Of a stretch of 64,000 nucleotides of DNA, positions 36,193 to 44,846 are shown piece after piece. The stretch lies in IMG/VR virus record IMGVR_UViG_3300037452_000118, positions 64,814 to 128,813 of that record, one strand, 5' to 3'. Origin of the DNA: a virus. Each line of letters begins with the position of its first letter. Position 1 is the stretch's first letter. The notes beneath the pieces were generated by a model. It did not search any database. It was given only the letters and a program-made list of their open reading frames with translations, and had not been told where the DNA came from. Made by a program: the position numbers and the translations under genes.

Positions 36193-36417
36193 ATGGTCAA
36201 GAGCGAAGCTACAATCATCACCGTCATCGCCCTTTTGCTGGCCGTTATTCTGACGAGTGTGGCACTTCAGGACGAGTCCGGCAACGTCATCTTTTTCGGC
36301 TGCGGCGGATTGGCCGCGTTGGGTGCCCGCGAACTGGTCGAACGGGTCGCGCAAAAACTACGTCTTGCTACAGCGAGATTCGTCCCGTCCGACCGCGATT
36401 ATCCCGTGTACGATTGA
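36193..36417 (+). CDS. Small membrane protein
   Basis: GGAGG SD; two hydrophobic segments. Confidence 0.55.
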   Translation: MVKSEATIITVIALLLAVILTSVALQDESGNVIFFGCGGLAALGARELVERVAQKLRLATARFVPSDRDYPVYD

Positions 36418-36600
36418 GATGACGGCGGCGTCCGCGCTCGCCATCGCCGGCATCGTCTTCGCCGCCGCCGCAGCCGGGCTCTGGTTCCTGCGCAAGGTGG
36501 GAAAGGTGCCCCGATCAAGATGACGCGGTGAGGGAGCTGCAACCGTTGTGGTCAACCGAAAATCTGAGAAAGAACAAATACTTTTAGGGAAACCGTAACT

Positions 36601-37452
36601 ATGCAGCACCCCTTCGAAGTCCTCCGTCCGGAGTACGAGCGCCTCCTCTCCACCGCGAAGGTGACGCGGCCGCAGGTCGTCTCCCGCGGCGTTGACGAGA
36701 TCGAGCGGGTGCTGGCGAGCTACGAGGACACCGGGGCCGTCACCAACATCCCGGCGGCCTGGATCGGCCCGACGGACTGCCGCGAGAGCGACTGCAATCC
36801 CCGGTGCGGCATCGGCCAGGGCGATCCCTACAGCCGGGTTTCGGTGCACGTCCCGGCCGGCCACGGTCCCTTCGCCTCGAAGGCGGCGGCCGACGAGTTC
36901 TATCTGCACTACGATCACATCGATGCGGCCCCCGTCGGCGGCGCGTGGTCGCCCGCTTACGCGGTTTTTTGTTGGGAAGCCTGGAACGGCTGGGGCCCGC
37001 GCAACCACGGCCGGCTCAGCGGCTATCCGTGGTCATGCACCGACGCCTACGACACGCCGGCCTATGGCGGGCATGGCCTCGGCGGCAAGTATGTGGCCGA
37101 CGGCGTGTGGGATCCCGGCAAGCTCGACCCGCAGCCCGGCGCCGTCGCGCTCTACATGGAGCTCGTCCGCCGCCACCCCAGCCTGGCGATCGCCGGGGCG
37201 CCTCCGCTCGTCGCCGTCGCCGCCCCGCCGCTGGTGGTGCCGGCGCCGCCGCCGGTCGGCGTGCACGACGGCGAGGCGCTCCAGGTCGCGCTGAACAAGC
37301 TCGGGGCCGATCCCCAGCTCGCCGTCGACGGTTCCTATGGAAGACTGACAACAAGAGCGGTACGATCTTTCCAAGCGAAAACTGGAATCACCGTCGATGG
37401 ACTGGCCGGTCCAGCAACATGGCAGGCAATTAACAAAGCATTGGTATCATGA
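36601..37452 (+). CDS. Endolysin: lysozyme-like domain plus PG_binding_1 domain
   Basis: RES..GQGDP..VHVPAGHGPF..EAWNGWG..GGKYVADG; LQVALNKLG..VDGSYG..AVRSFQ..VDGLAGPATW. Confidence 0.85.
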   Translation: MQHPFEVLRPEYERLLSTAKVTRPQVVSRGVDEIERVLASYEDTGAVTNIPAAWIGPTDCRESDCNPRCGIGQGDPYSRVSVHVPAGHGPFASKAAADEFYLHYDHIDAAPVGGAWSPAYAVFCWEAWNGWGPRNHGRLSGYPWSCTDAYDTPAYGGHGLGGKYVADGVWDPGKLDPQPGAVALYMELVRRHPSLAIAGAPPLVAVAAPPLVVPAPPPVGVHDGEALQVALNKLGADPQLAVDGSYGRLTTRAVRSFQAKTGITVDGLAGPATWQAINKALVS

Positions 37453-38003
37453 CGACCCTCGACCACAGCCGCCTGCTAGCATTATTGTCTTATGATCCCC
37501 AAACCGGCATTTTTATTTGGCGTTGTAATAGGCCGGGAGGGGTAAAGGCCGGCGCACAGGCCGGCTATGTTCATAAGAAACTCGGTTATGTTCTCATCGG
37601 GATCGACGGAGAGGTTTTCCTAGGTCACAGGTTAGCCAGGTTTTATATGACCGGAAGTTGGCCTCCCGAGGAAACAGATCATCGTGATCTAAGAAAATCA
37701 AACAATAAATTCGACAATTTGAGAGAGGCGACGAGCCTCCAGAATAAAGGCAACAGGACAACTATATGTTCCAATACTTCAGGTGTTACAGGCGTTTCGT
37801 TTGTTGCTCGATTGAACCGATGGCACGCCTATATCGGGTGTCCGAGAACTAATTTGGGATGGTTCAAGTCATTCGATGAAGCAGTAGCCGCCCGTCGGCT
37901 TGCCGAAATAAACCGCTATGGCGCCTTTGCTCATACAAAGTCTGTCGATGTAGGCCGCGATCAATGCCAGGCTCGCCGCCTGAACGAGGGAGAGGGAACA
38001 TGA
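37449..38003 (+). CDS. HNH homing endonuclease with AP2-like domain
   Basis: LSYDPQTGIFIW, GHRLA, TDHRD..NNKFDNLREAT, NTSGVTGVS. Confidence 0.88.
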   Translation: MTTLDHSRLLALLSYDPQTGIFIWRCNRPGGVKAGAQAGYVHKKLGYVLIGIDGEVFLGHRLARFYMTGSWPPEETDHRDLRKSNNKFDNLREATSLQNKGNRTTICSNTSGVTGVSFVARLNRWHAYIGCPRTNLGWFKSFDEAVAARRLAEINRYGAFAHTKSVDVGRDQCQARRLNEGEGT

Positions 38004-38674
38004 AGCGTTTCATCGTCGCAGCCGCGGTCGCCGCGCTGCTGCTCGCCGGCCATGCCGGGGCGCAGTTCGCGGAGGCCCAACCCTCGGCGACAGCGCCGCC
38101 AAACCTGCTCGTCACCACCAACCTTCCCGGCACCGTCGCGGCGCCCGGCGCCAAGCCCGACGGCCCGCTCGGCGCGCTCGCGGTGGCGCCGCCGCCGGCG
38201 CAGTCCGGCGGCATCATCAGCCTCGGCCCGATCTTCGGCAACCCGCAGATCGACCAGGCCGCGCAGGACCTCGTCAACGGGCTCATCCTCGCGGCGATGT
38301 CGTGGCTGTTCTGGCTGCTCAAGAACAAGTTCAACATCGACGTCGACCAGGGCCATCGAGATGCCTATACTGCGGCCGCGCAGCGCCAGGCGTCGTCGCT
38401 CGTCGCCGACGGCATGGTCTCGCTGAGCGGCAAGACGATCAACGTGAACGACAAGGCGATGTATCAGGCCGTTCACGCCCTGCAGATGGCCGTGCCCGGG
38501 GCGCTCAAGAATTTCGGCATCACCGACCCGGAGAAGATCGCTGACCGCATCAAGGACATGATTCCGCAAGTTCCCGCGATCGCCCCGGCGGTCGCCGCCG
38601 CGCACGCCACTAACGGGAATGGAAACGGGATCGCCACGCTCCCCCCTCAGCCCCCGCAGGAGAAACCGTCATGA
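38000..38674 (+). CDS. Membrane protein of the lysis cassette (holin-like)
   Basis: Signal-like N-terminus, TM segment GLILAAMSWLFWLL; next to endolysin. Confidence 0.6.
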   Translation: MKRFIVAAAVAALLLAGHAGAQFAEAQPSATAPPNLLVTTNLPGTVAAPGAKPDGPLGALAVAPPPAQSGGIISLGPIFGNPQIDQAAQDLVNGLILAAMSWLFWLLKNKFNIDVDQGHRDAYTAAAQRQASSLVADGMVSLSGKTINVNDKAMYQAVHALQMAVPGALKNFGITDPEKIADRIKDMIPQVPAIAPAVAAAHATNGNGNGIATLPPQPPQEKPS

Positions 38675-38829
38675 ACCCCGCGCTCGCCGCCGTCCTCGCC
38701 AACAACAAGGCCGACGTCCTGGCCATCGTCCAAAAGATCGGATTGGAAGTGATCATCGAGCTGGCGCCGCACTTCGCCGCCATCTTGGCCACCGCCCAGG
38801 CGGCGGCGCAGCCGAAGCCGCCGGCCTAA
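38671..38829 (+). CDS. Small hypothetical protein
   Basis: AGGAG SD, ATGA overlap. Confidence 0.55.
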   Translation: MNPALAAVLANNKADVLAIVQKIGLEVIIELAPHFAAILATAQAAAQPKPPA

Positions 38830-38954
38830 GAGTTGGTGCCGAAATATCACACCAATCAGGAAAGTGGCGGCGCGCCCTCCTGGACCTAGTGACTCCCCCC
38901 TCGGCCCGCGCCACCATGCACGGGTAAATTCATCCATCGTCAGGGGACACCACA

Positions 38955-39767
38955 ATGCGCAAACTTCTCCTCGCCTCAACCGTGCTCGCCGCGATCGCGG
39001 CTGGCCCGGCCCTCGCCGCCGACATGCCGCTGAAAGCTCCGCCGCCGGTGGCCGCGCCGTCCGGCTCCGGCTGGTACGCCGGCATCTTCACCGAGGCCGA
39101 CGTCGCCCAGTCGAAGGTTAGCGGCAACAACCTCTTCGCCTCGAGCCTCGTCACCGGCGACCTCACCGCCACCGGCGGCTCGATCGGCGGCGCCTTCGGC
39201 TACATGGGCTATACCGCGAGCTACTGGTACCGCCTGCAAGCCACCGGGGCATGGTCGAACATCTCCGGCACCAACAGCGTCGCGTCGACCGCCACGACCT
39301 CGGCGTCGTCCGCCTCCGTCGCGAGCCGGTGGGCCGCGACCTTCGAGGCCGACGTCGGCATCGAGTTCCTGCAGGCGCTCTACTCCAGGCTGCCGACGCT
39401 CCCGGCCATCAGCTTCCCGACGTTCGCCCCGATCACCCCTCCGAATACCCTCGGCGTGCCGCGCCAGTACGTCGGCGGCGGGCTGAAGGTGGCCGGCCTG
39501 TCCGGGAACTTCGGCAACGCGAACGGCCAATCGGTCGGCCTCTACCCGTTCATCTCGAGCGGCTTCATCTGGCAGACGGTCAACTCGGCCGGCAAGTCCG
39601 ACGGCGGCTCCCTCGACGCCTCCGCCGGGGTCGCGTTCCCGGTCAAAGGCTTCCAGTTCAACAACGTCTTCGCGACCAACGGGCTGCCGATCACCACCAA
39701 CGCCGGGATCAACCTCGGCACCCAGTATTGGACCCGGCTGACCTACAACTTCCGGGTCGGCCAGTAA
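38955..39767 (+). CDS. Outer-membrane beta-barrel protein (Omp25/RopB-like N-terminus)
   Basis: Signal peptide + ADMPLKAPP..SGWYAG; amphipathic strands; C-terminal TRLTYNF. Confidence 0.75.
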   Translation: MRKLLLASTVLAAIAAGPALAADMPLKAPPPVAAPSGSGWYAGIFTEADVAQSKVSGNNLFASSLVTGDLTATGGSIGGAFGYMGYTASYWYRLQATGAWSNISGTNSVASTATTSASSASVASRWAATFEADVGIEFLQALYSRLPTLPAISFPTFAPITPPNTLGVPRQYVGGGLKVAGLSGNFGNANGQSVGLYPFISSGFIWQTVNSAGKSDGGSLDASAGVAFPVKGFQFNNVFATNGLPITTNAGINLGTQYWTRLTYNFRVGQ

Positions 39768-39875
39768 GCCGACGCGGGGGGTGGACATTCGCCCCGAAGC
39801 ATCTTTTTATTGACCGGGCCGCCGCGGAGGATTCCCCGCGGCGGCCTTCAAAACGAGGAGAGAGGGGTAAATCAG

Positions 39876-40382
39876 ATGGCCGAGTTTTCAGACCGCGCCA
39901 GGAACATCCAAGACGCAGCGGAGAACATGCTGCAGGCAGTGAGGGCCCAGGTCGGTCCCCTGCTCGCCGAGCTCGACGATGCCGACCTCAAGTTCGAGGA
40001 GCAGGCCAACCTGATCGCGTCGCTGCAAGAAACGGTGAGGATGCAGCAGGCGGAGATAGAGCGCATCTCGACCGACCTCCAGGACAAGGTCGACCGACGG
40101 GACGACGAGATCACCGCCCTGCGCAGCAGGGCCGGCGAGAAGGACAAGAACTTCAGCATCCTCTCCCGCGCGGTCGGCGACATGATGACCTCCGCCAAAC
40201 GCCTCGCCGCGGTCGGCGCGCACGCCTTCAACATCATCAACCGCGACGCCGTGGGCGACAGGATCGTCACGCAGCTCCGCAGCCACCCGCAGCGGCCGCT
40301 GCGGCCGCAGGAGGCGCCGTCCGGCGATGACGGGCGCGTCGACGACGATCCCTACGCCCCGCGCCAGCGGGCGGCGAGATGA
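39876..40382 (+). CDS. Coiled-coil protein
   Basis: Heptad-like composition, high GC3. Confidence 0.7.
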   Translation: MAEFSDRARNIQDAAENMLQAVRAQVGPLLAELDDADLKFEEQANLIASLQETVRMQQAEIERISTDLQDKVDRRDDEITALRSRAGEKDKNFSILSRAVGDMMTSAKRLAAVGAHAFNIINRDAVGDRIVTQLRSHPQRPLRPQEAPSGDDGRVDDDPYAPRQRAAR

Positions 40383-40491
40383 CCGACGCCGGTGGCGGCC
40401 AAGGGGCGGTCCTTGGCCGGCGCACAATTTCGACGATCGTGATATAAACCCGGCCTTCGATTCATCGAATCGGCGAGGGGGCCGTGGACCC

Positions 40492-40770
40492 GTGAATTTC
40501 AGCATCGTCCTCGCGATCTTGATGTTCTTGACGCCCCCGGCGCAGGCCTACCAGCGGCTCCTGTGGTCCTGGGAGCCGCAGCCGCGGCACCATCGTCCCC
40601 ATCCCCCCGTCGCCGACGACAAGGCGGCGGGCAACGCGGACTGCGTCAAGATAAAGGAGGCCATCGGGATCCTGAGCAAGCCGAACCGCGACGCCGCCCT
40701 GAAGGGCTTGACGGCGGCGCAGCGAGGAGTCGTCGCCCGCTGCATGGGATGGCCGACCGATGAGCCTTGA
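40492..40770 (+). CDS. Small exported protein
   Basis: FSIVLAILMFLTPPAQA signal; two Cys. Confidence 0.5.
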   Translation: MNFSIVLAILMFLTPPAQAYQRLLWSWEPQPRHHRPHPPVADDKAAGNADCVKIKEAIGILSKPNRDAALKGLTAAQRGVVARCMGWPTDEP

Positions 40771-41089
40771 GTCTGCGGCCAAGGCTCCGACGAACGGCGG
40801 CGGCATACACGTCAGCATCGCCACGATAGTCGTCATCGCCAGCGCCCTCCTGAACATCGCCACGATGGGGATAGCCCTGTCGTCGGGGTACGTCAGCTCG
40901 AGGACGAAGCTAGAAACGTCCCAAGAGAACATGAGCGCCCGCCTCACCGAGATACAGAACAGGCTGGACGCCCAGAACTCGACGGTCAACAGCCTTCAGT
41001 CGGAGCTGGCCGGGATCAACACGAGCATGGACTTCATCAAGCAAGGCCTCGCCAGGCTGGAGTTGTCGGTCTCGTCGACGAAGCGGTAG
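40760..41089 (+). CDS. Membrane-anchored coiled-coil protein
   Basis: N-terminal TM then heptads. Confidence 0.65.
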   Translation: MSLESAAKAPTNGGGIHVSIATIVVIASALLNIATMGIALSSGYVSSRTKLETSQENMSARLTEIQNRLDAQNSTVNSLQSELAGINTSMDFIKQGLARLELSVSSTKR

Positions 41090-41099
41090 GAGAAGGGAA

Positions 41100-41567
41100 A
41101 TGGACGCAACCTACGTTCCCATAATCGTGTCTGGAACCGTGATCGTGGTGACGACGATCATCGCCGTGGCGTTGCTCCGCTTCTTCAACAACAGGGAGAA
41201 CGCGCGGTTGCGGGAGAAGATCGGCATCCTGAGCCTCCCGGTGCAGCAGATGAGCGCCGCATTTCAGATTTCGCTGGTCAGGCAACTGACCCATTTCCAC
41301 ACGCCCAGATTGGACGCGCTGCTGGCCAAGCTGGGGCCGCCGTTCACGCTGACGGAAAGCGAACAGGGCGAACTGATCGCGGCGCTGAAGGAGCGCGAGG
41401 CGGACATGGGCGCGCTCATCGACGACAGCGAGCGCGAGGCGGCCAAGATGCTGCCGGCCGTCATGCGGCGGGTGGCCGTCGAGATGGGGCAATCGATGGA
41501 GATGTTCGACCTGATCCTCGTTGCTGTCCCAAAGGCTTCCGACGCGATCAGCGGAAAGGCCAGTTAG
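41100..41567 (+). CDS. Membrane-anchored protein
   Basis: N-terminal TM segment. Confidence 0.65.
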   Translation: MDATYVPIIVSGTVIVVTTIIAVALLRFFNNRENARLREKIGILSLPVQQMSAAFQISLVRQLTHFHTPRLDALLAKLGPPFTLTESEQGELIAALKEREADMGALIDDSEREAAKMLPAVMRRVAVEMGQSMEMFDLILVAVPKASDAISGKAS

Positions 41568-41582
41568 TGGCTATGGTGGCTA

Positions 41583-41780
41583 ATGGCCGATCCTCTAAAA
41601 TTCTATTGGCCGCAGCCGCTGACCTGCCCGAAATGCAGAAAGGACACGGTCAGGCTTTCCTACATCGAAGCTGACAATGGCCAAGCGATTCTCAACTATG
41701 CGTGCCCGACGTGCGACATGGTGAAGGCGGCGGTGATCGACATCACGCCGCCTGAGCGGCCCGAAAGGCAGGGAGGATAG
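41583..41780 (+). CDS. Small Zn-ribbon protein
   Basis: CPKC...CPTC. Confidence 0.6.
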   Translation: MADPLKFYWPQPLTCPKCRKDTVRLSYIEADNGQAILNYACPTCDMVKAAVIDITPPERPERQGG

Positions 41781-41783
41781 ATC

Positions 41784-42176
41784 ATGGGTCAACTGACGGC
41801 GTTGATATGGGGGAGCGGGCTGCGGAAGACGCTCACGTCTTTCGTCGCGTTCGTCGCGGCGGCGGCGGGGGCCGTCACCGCGGTCCCTCCGGCCTGGTCT
41901 TCGATGGGGCTGCCGGAGGTCGCGTTCAAGACCTACGTGATGGCCGCCATCCAGGCGAAGATCGACCCGATGCTGCAGACGGAGTCGAAACTGCTGGTCG
42001 CCCAGGCGCAGCAGCAGCAGACTTTGAACCAGATCCTCCTGTCGCAGCTTCAGTCGTCGCTGTACTCCGCCCAGCACGACATGCAGGTGGCGCCGAGCGA
42101 CACCGTGAGGCAGCGCATCGACGACCTGCAGAGGCAGATCCAGGCCTTGCAGACCCAGACGGGGAGCTCGCGCTAG
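41784..42176 (+). CDS. Membrane-anchored Gln-rich coiled-coil protein
   Basis: GGAGG SD, hydrophobic N-terminus. Confidence 0.65.
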   Translation: MGQLTALIWGSGLRKTLTSFVAFVAAAAGAVTAVPPAWSSMGLPEVAFKTYVMAAIQAKIDPMLQTESKLLVAQAQQQQTLNQILLSQLQSSLYSAQHDMQVAPSDTVRQRIDDLQRQIQALQTQTGSSR

Positions 42177-42266
42177 GGCGGTACTTTAGTATGGGAATTA
42201 TACGCTTTACTCCCGTAGGGCCGATTGAGGGGCAAAACCATGAATAAGTTCCCTACAACCGACGAT

Positions 42267-42710
42267 TCAGCGGTAAGGGCCGTGGCCCCGGATGCCCACT
42301 ACGCTATGCCGGGGCGAGCGGATATTCGGCTTCCGTTTCTTGAGTTTTGTTGGCTTGTACTTCGGCCGCTTAGAGTAATTCTTGAATTGAAGCGACGACT
42401 GAATCGGGGGGAACTGATACTCTCCCGGCTCAAAAGTGCCACCCCGGTCGAATCCGATGATCTCGCCACGTACTGCGTCCGGAGTTTGGAAGCGGACCCA
42501 TTGTTCTTTCTTGGTCTTTTTATCCTTATATTTCAGATAGGTTCGCGTAATGTGAACCTTCGCAGCTACAACGCCTTCCATTTCACAAAAGGCGCGTGCG
42601 GCGGCGCACCCGTTCGGATTTTTGTTGTCCCCTCTTTTGACATTCTGAGGCGAGATCGTGACTTTGAGTTTTTTGGTCGCGTCAACTACTGGAATGCCGT
42701 CGATTTTCAT
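42267..42710 (-). CDS. IS passenger, basic hypothetical protein
   Basis: AAAGGA SD, 147 aa, inside TIRs. Confidence 0.7.
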   Translation of the reverse strand: MKIDGIPVVDATKKLKVTISPQNVKRGDNKNPNGCAAARAFCEMEGVVAAKVHITRTYLKYKDKKTKKEQWVRFQTPDAVRGEIIGFDRGGTFEPGEYQFPPIQSSLQFKNYSKRPKYKPTKLKKRKPNIRSPRHSVVGIRGHGPYR

Positions 42711-42812
42711 GGCGTTGTCCTTTCCGTCTTCTTCGTAGAGCAGGCTTGCTCCTTGGCTTTGGCCGGTAGGCCAAAACCACCTTCACCATCGCGTCGAACG
42801 CCTTGGGCGTTT

Positions 42813-43259
42813 TCACGCGACGGTCTTTTCGGTCTTCGGCCACGTCCGCGCTCCCGCCTCACTGGGAACTGCATAGCCTTCATTCGTCCACAGGTTCCGC
42901 TCCGGTTCTCCGGTACAGACTGCAAACGTCTCATTATCAATTTCCAGCGTAAAAGGATGCCGGGCTTTGCCGTCTGGTCCCACCGTCTGGTAAACGTCTC
43001 CGGGCTTGAGGTCGCGGTATTCTATGAGGACTTCGTTGCCGTCCCGGACGACGCGCGCTACGAGGCGCCTATCATCTGGAGTCGGTTTCCAAAGATCAGC
43101 CACCTCCTCCGGCGAAAACCCTTCCAGAGAGAACGGGCGCCCTTCCAGCGTAGTATCGAACAATCGCGGCAGCTTTACCGTTACCGCCTGTCTCGACGGC
43201 CATATCGAGAAAGCCGCGATAGCCGCACCAAAAAATCCAAGCAAATGTCGTCTGTTCAT
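42813..43259 (-). CDS. IS passenger with twin-arginine-like N-terminus
   Basis: AGGAGG SD; MNRRHLLGFFGAAIAAF. Confidence 0.65.
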   Translation of the reverse strand: MNRRHLLGFFGAAIAAFSIWPSRQAVTVKLPRLFDTTLEGRPFSLEGFSPEEVADLWKPTPDDRRLVARVVRDGNEVLIEYRDLKPGDVYQTVGPDGKARHPFTLEIDNETFAVCTGEPERNLWTNEGYAVPSEAGARTWPKTEKTVA

Positions 43260-43268
43260 TTAGTCCTC

Positions 43269-44192
43269 CTATGCGATCAGATTTGCGTAAGTCAGCCGCT
43301 TGCCCTTGGTCGCGCCGATCAGGCTTCGCAGCCGCGTCATCGTGTGATTGGCGACGTTGCCCTCGTTGAGCCGGAACGCGAACTCATCGACGTAGCGGGC
43401 AAGGTGTTTTTTGCTCGCATGGTGATACACGCCCATGAGGCCGCGTTTGAGGACCGCGAAAACGGACTCGATGGAATTGGTGGTCACCCCGTCGCGGACG
43501 TATTCGCCAGCCGAGTGATTGATGGTCGCGTGATCGAAGAACAAGCCGCCGATGTCCCGGTAAGCGCCGTGCTCGTCGGTGTGCAGCATCGTCCCGACTT
43601 CGACCGCCTGCACGATCTCGTCAACGATGGTGCCCGCTTCCGTGTCCGGGATGACCTTGGCTTTCGTCCGGCCGCCCTTGCCGCGTTCCTTCATGCCGAG
43701 CACGGCCGTCTTGCCGACCGGGCCGCGCCCCATCCGCAGCTTGTCGCTTTCGTGCTTGTTCGATTCTAGGCCGCCGACGTAGGTCTCGTCGATCTCGACG
43801 ATGCCTTGCAGCTTGGTCAGGTCGCCGCCGCAGGCTTCCCGGATGCGGTGAAGCATGAACCAAGCCGACGCCTGCCGGACGCCGATCTCCTTCGCCAGTT
43901 GCAGGCTAGAGATGCCCTTGCGGGCCGTCAGGAGCAGGTACATGGCGTAAAGCCACTTATGGAGCGGAATATGGCTCCGCTCGAAGATCGTGCCGGTGCG
44001 CACCGTAAAGTCCTCCTGGCACTGGTTGCAGCGGTAAAAGCCGCCCTTCCGCGTCGTGATCCGCTCGCCCAGGCCGCAAACCGGGCATGTCGGGCCGGAC
44101 GGCCAAAGCTGGCCTTCAAGGTACGTCCGGGCCGCTTCCTGGTCCGGGAACATGGCGAACAACTGGAACGTCGAAATGGTGGATTTGCTCAT
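43269..44192 (-). CDS. IS1595-family DDE transposase
   Basis: CPVC..CNQC Zn ribbon, VEIDETYVGG, HTDE, TNSIES, YVDEFAFRLN. Confidence 0.95.
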   Translation of the reverse strand: MSKSTISTFQLFAMFPDQEAARTYLEGQLWPSGPTCPVCGLGERITTRKGGFYRCNQCQEDFTVRTGTIFERSHIPLHKWLYAMYLLLTARKGISSLQLAKEIGVRQASAWFMLHRIREACGGDLTKLQGIVEIDETYVGGLESNKHESDKLRMGRGPVGKTAVLGMKERGKGGRTKAKVIPDTEAGTIVDEIVQAVEVGTMLHTDEHGAYRDIGGLFFDHATINHSAGEYVRDGVTTNSIESVFAVLKRGLMGVYHHASKKHLARYVDEFAFRLNEGNVANHTMTRLRSLIGATKGKRLTYANLIA

Positions 44193-44846
44193 GGCTCAGT
44201 CCTCAATCTACCCCCGAACTATAGCCCAAAACGCCAAGGGCGTAAAGCGTATAATTCCCTTTAGTATCGGGCCGCCCGCCGACGTCCAGACCATCGGATG
44301 AGTGAGTCCGAGACTAAAATCTGGTAAAACCAATACATTAGTATCGTGCCCGCCGAACGACACCCACGGCTGCACTGAGACGAAGGGCAACCCGCCGGTC
44401 GTGACCGCCAAAGAGGGCGGCGAGGTCGTCCGCAACCGTCAGGTCGATTTTTTCCGTGTCGGTTGCCATATCATGGTCACCGGGCACGTCGCGGGCCCGA
44501 CCGGCGACGTCGAAGATGTCGATCATTTCGACGTCTCAATGTCGCGGCAGGCAGAATGGGTCGCGAATACTGCGGCGAAAAAGCCTAACCCATTCAACAA
44601 GAGGATGCCGGTGATCGTTCCGGCCGACAAGGTCGGCGTAAAGCACTACGGCAACATTTGCTATTTCAGCGTCGACTACGCGGACATGCAACTGGGTTCA
44701 GCGGCTCTGGCCTTTCAAGCTCGATCCGATCCGCATCGACGGGCCGATGATGTGCTACCAGGTTGAGCGGCCGAACTAGACCAAATCCCCTCTCCACGCC
44801 AGCCGATACCTGCGTTGAACTTTGAGTTTTTCTGGATACATGCATG

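Larger units (their letters stand above)
42193..44259 (-). mobile_element. Complete IS1595-family element with passenger genes
   Basis: Perfect 18-bp TIRs GGGAATTATACGCTTTAC (42193-42210, 44242-44259); 8-bp TSD TTTAGTAT (42185-42192, 44260-44267). Confidence 0.95.

Noticed and set aside
42225-43769. 514-aa plus-strand ORF inside the IS
   Set aside because: Antisense to the transposase and passengers with no recognisable motifs; long, but unsupported
44302-44766. 154-aa plus-strand ORF next to the IS
   Set aside because: No clear SD or motif, and competing minus-strand ORFs; coding strand unresolved
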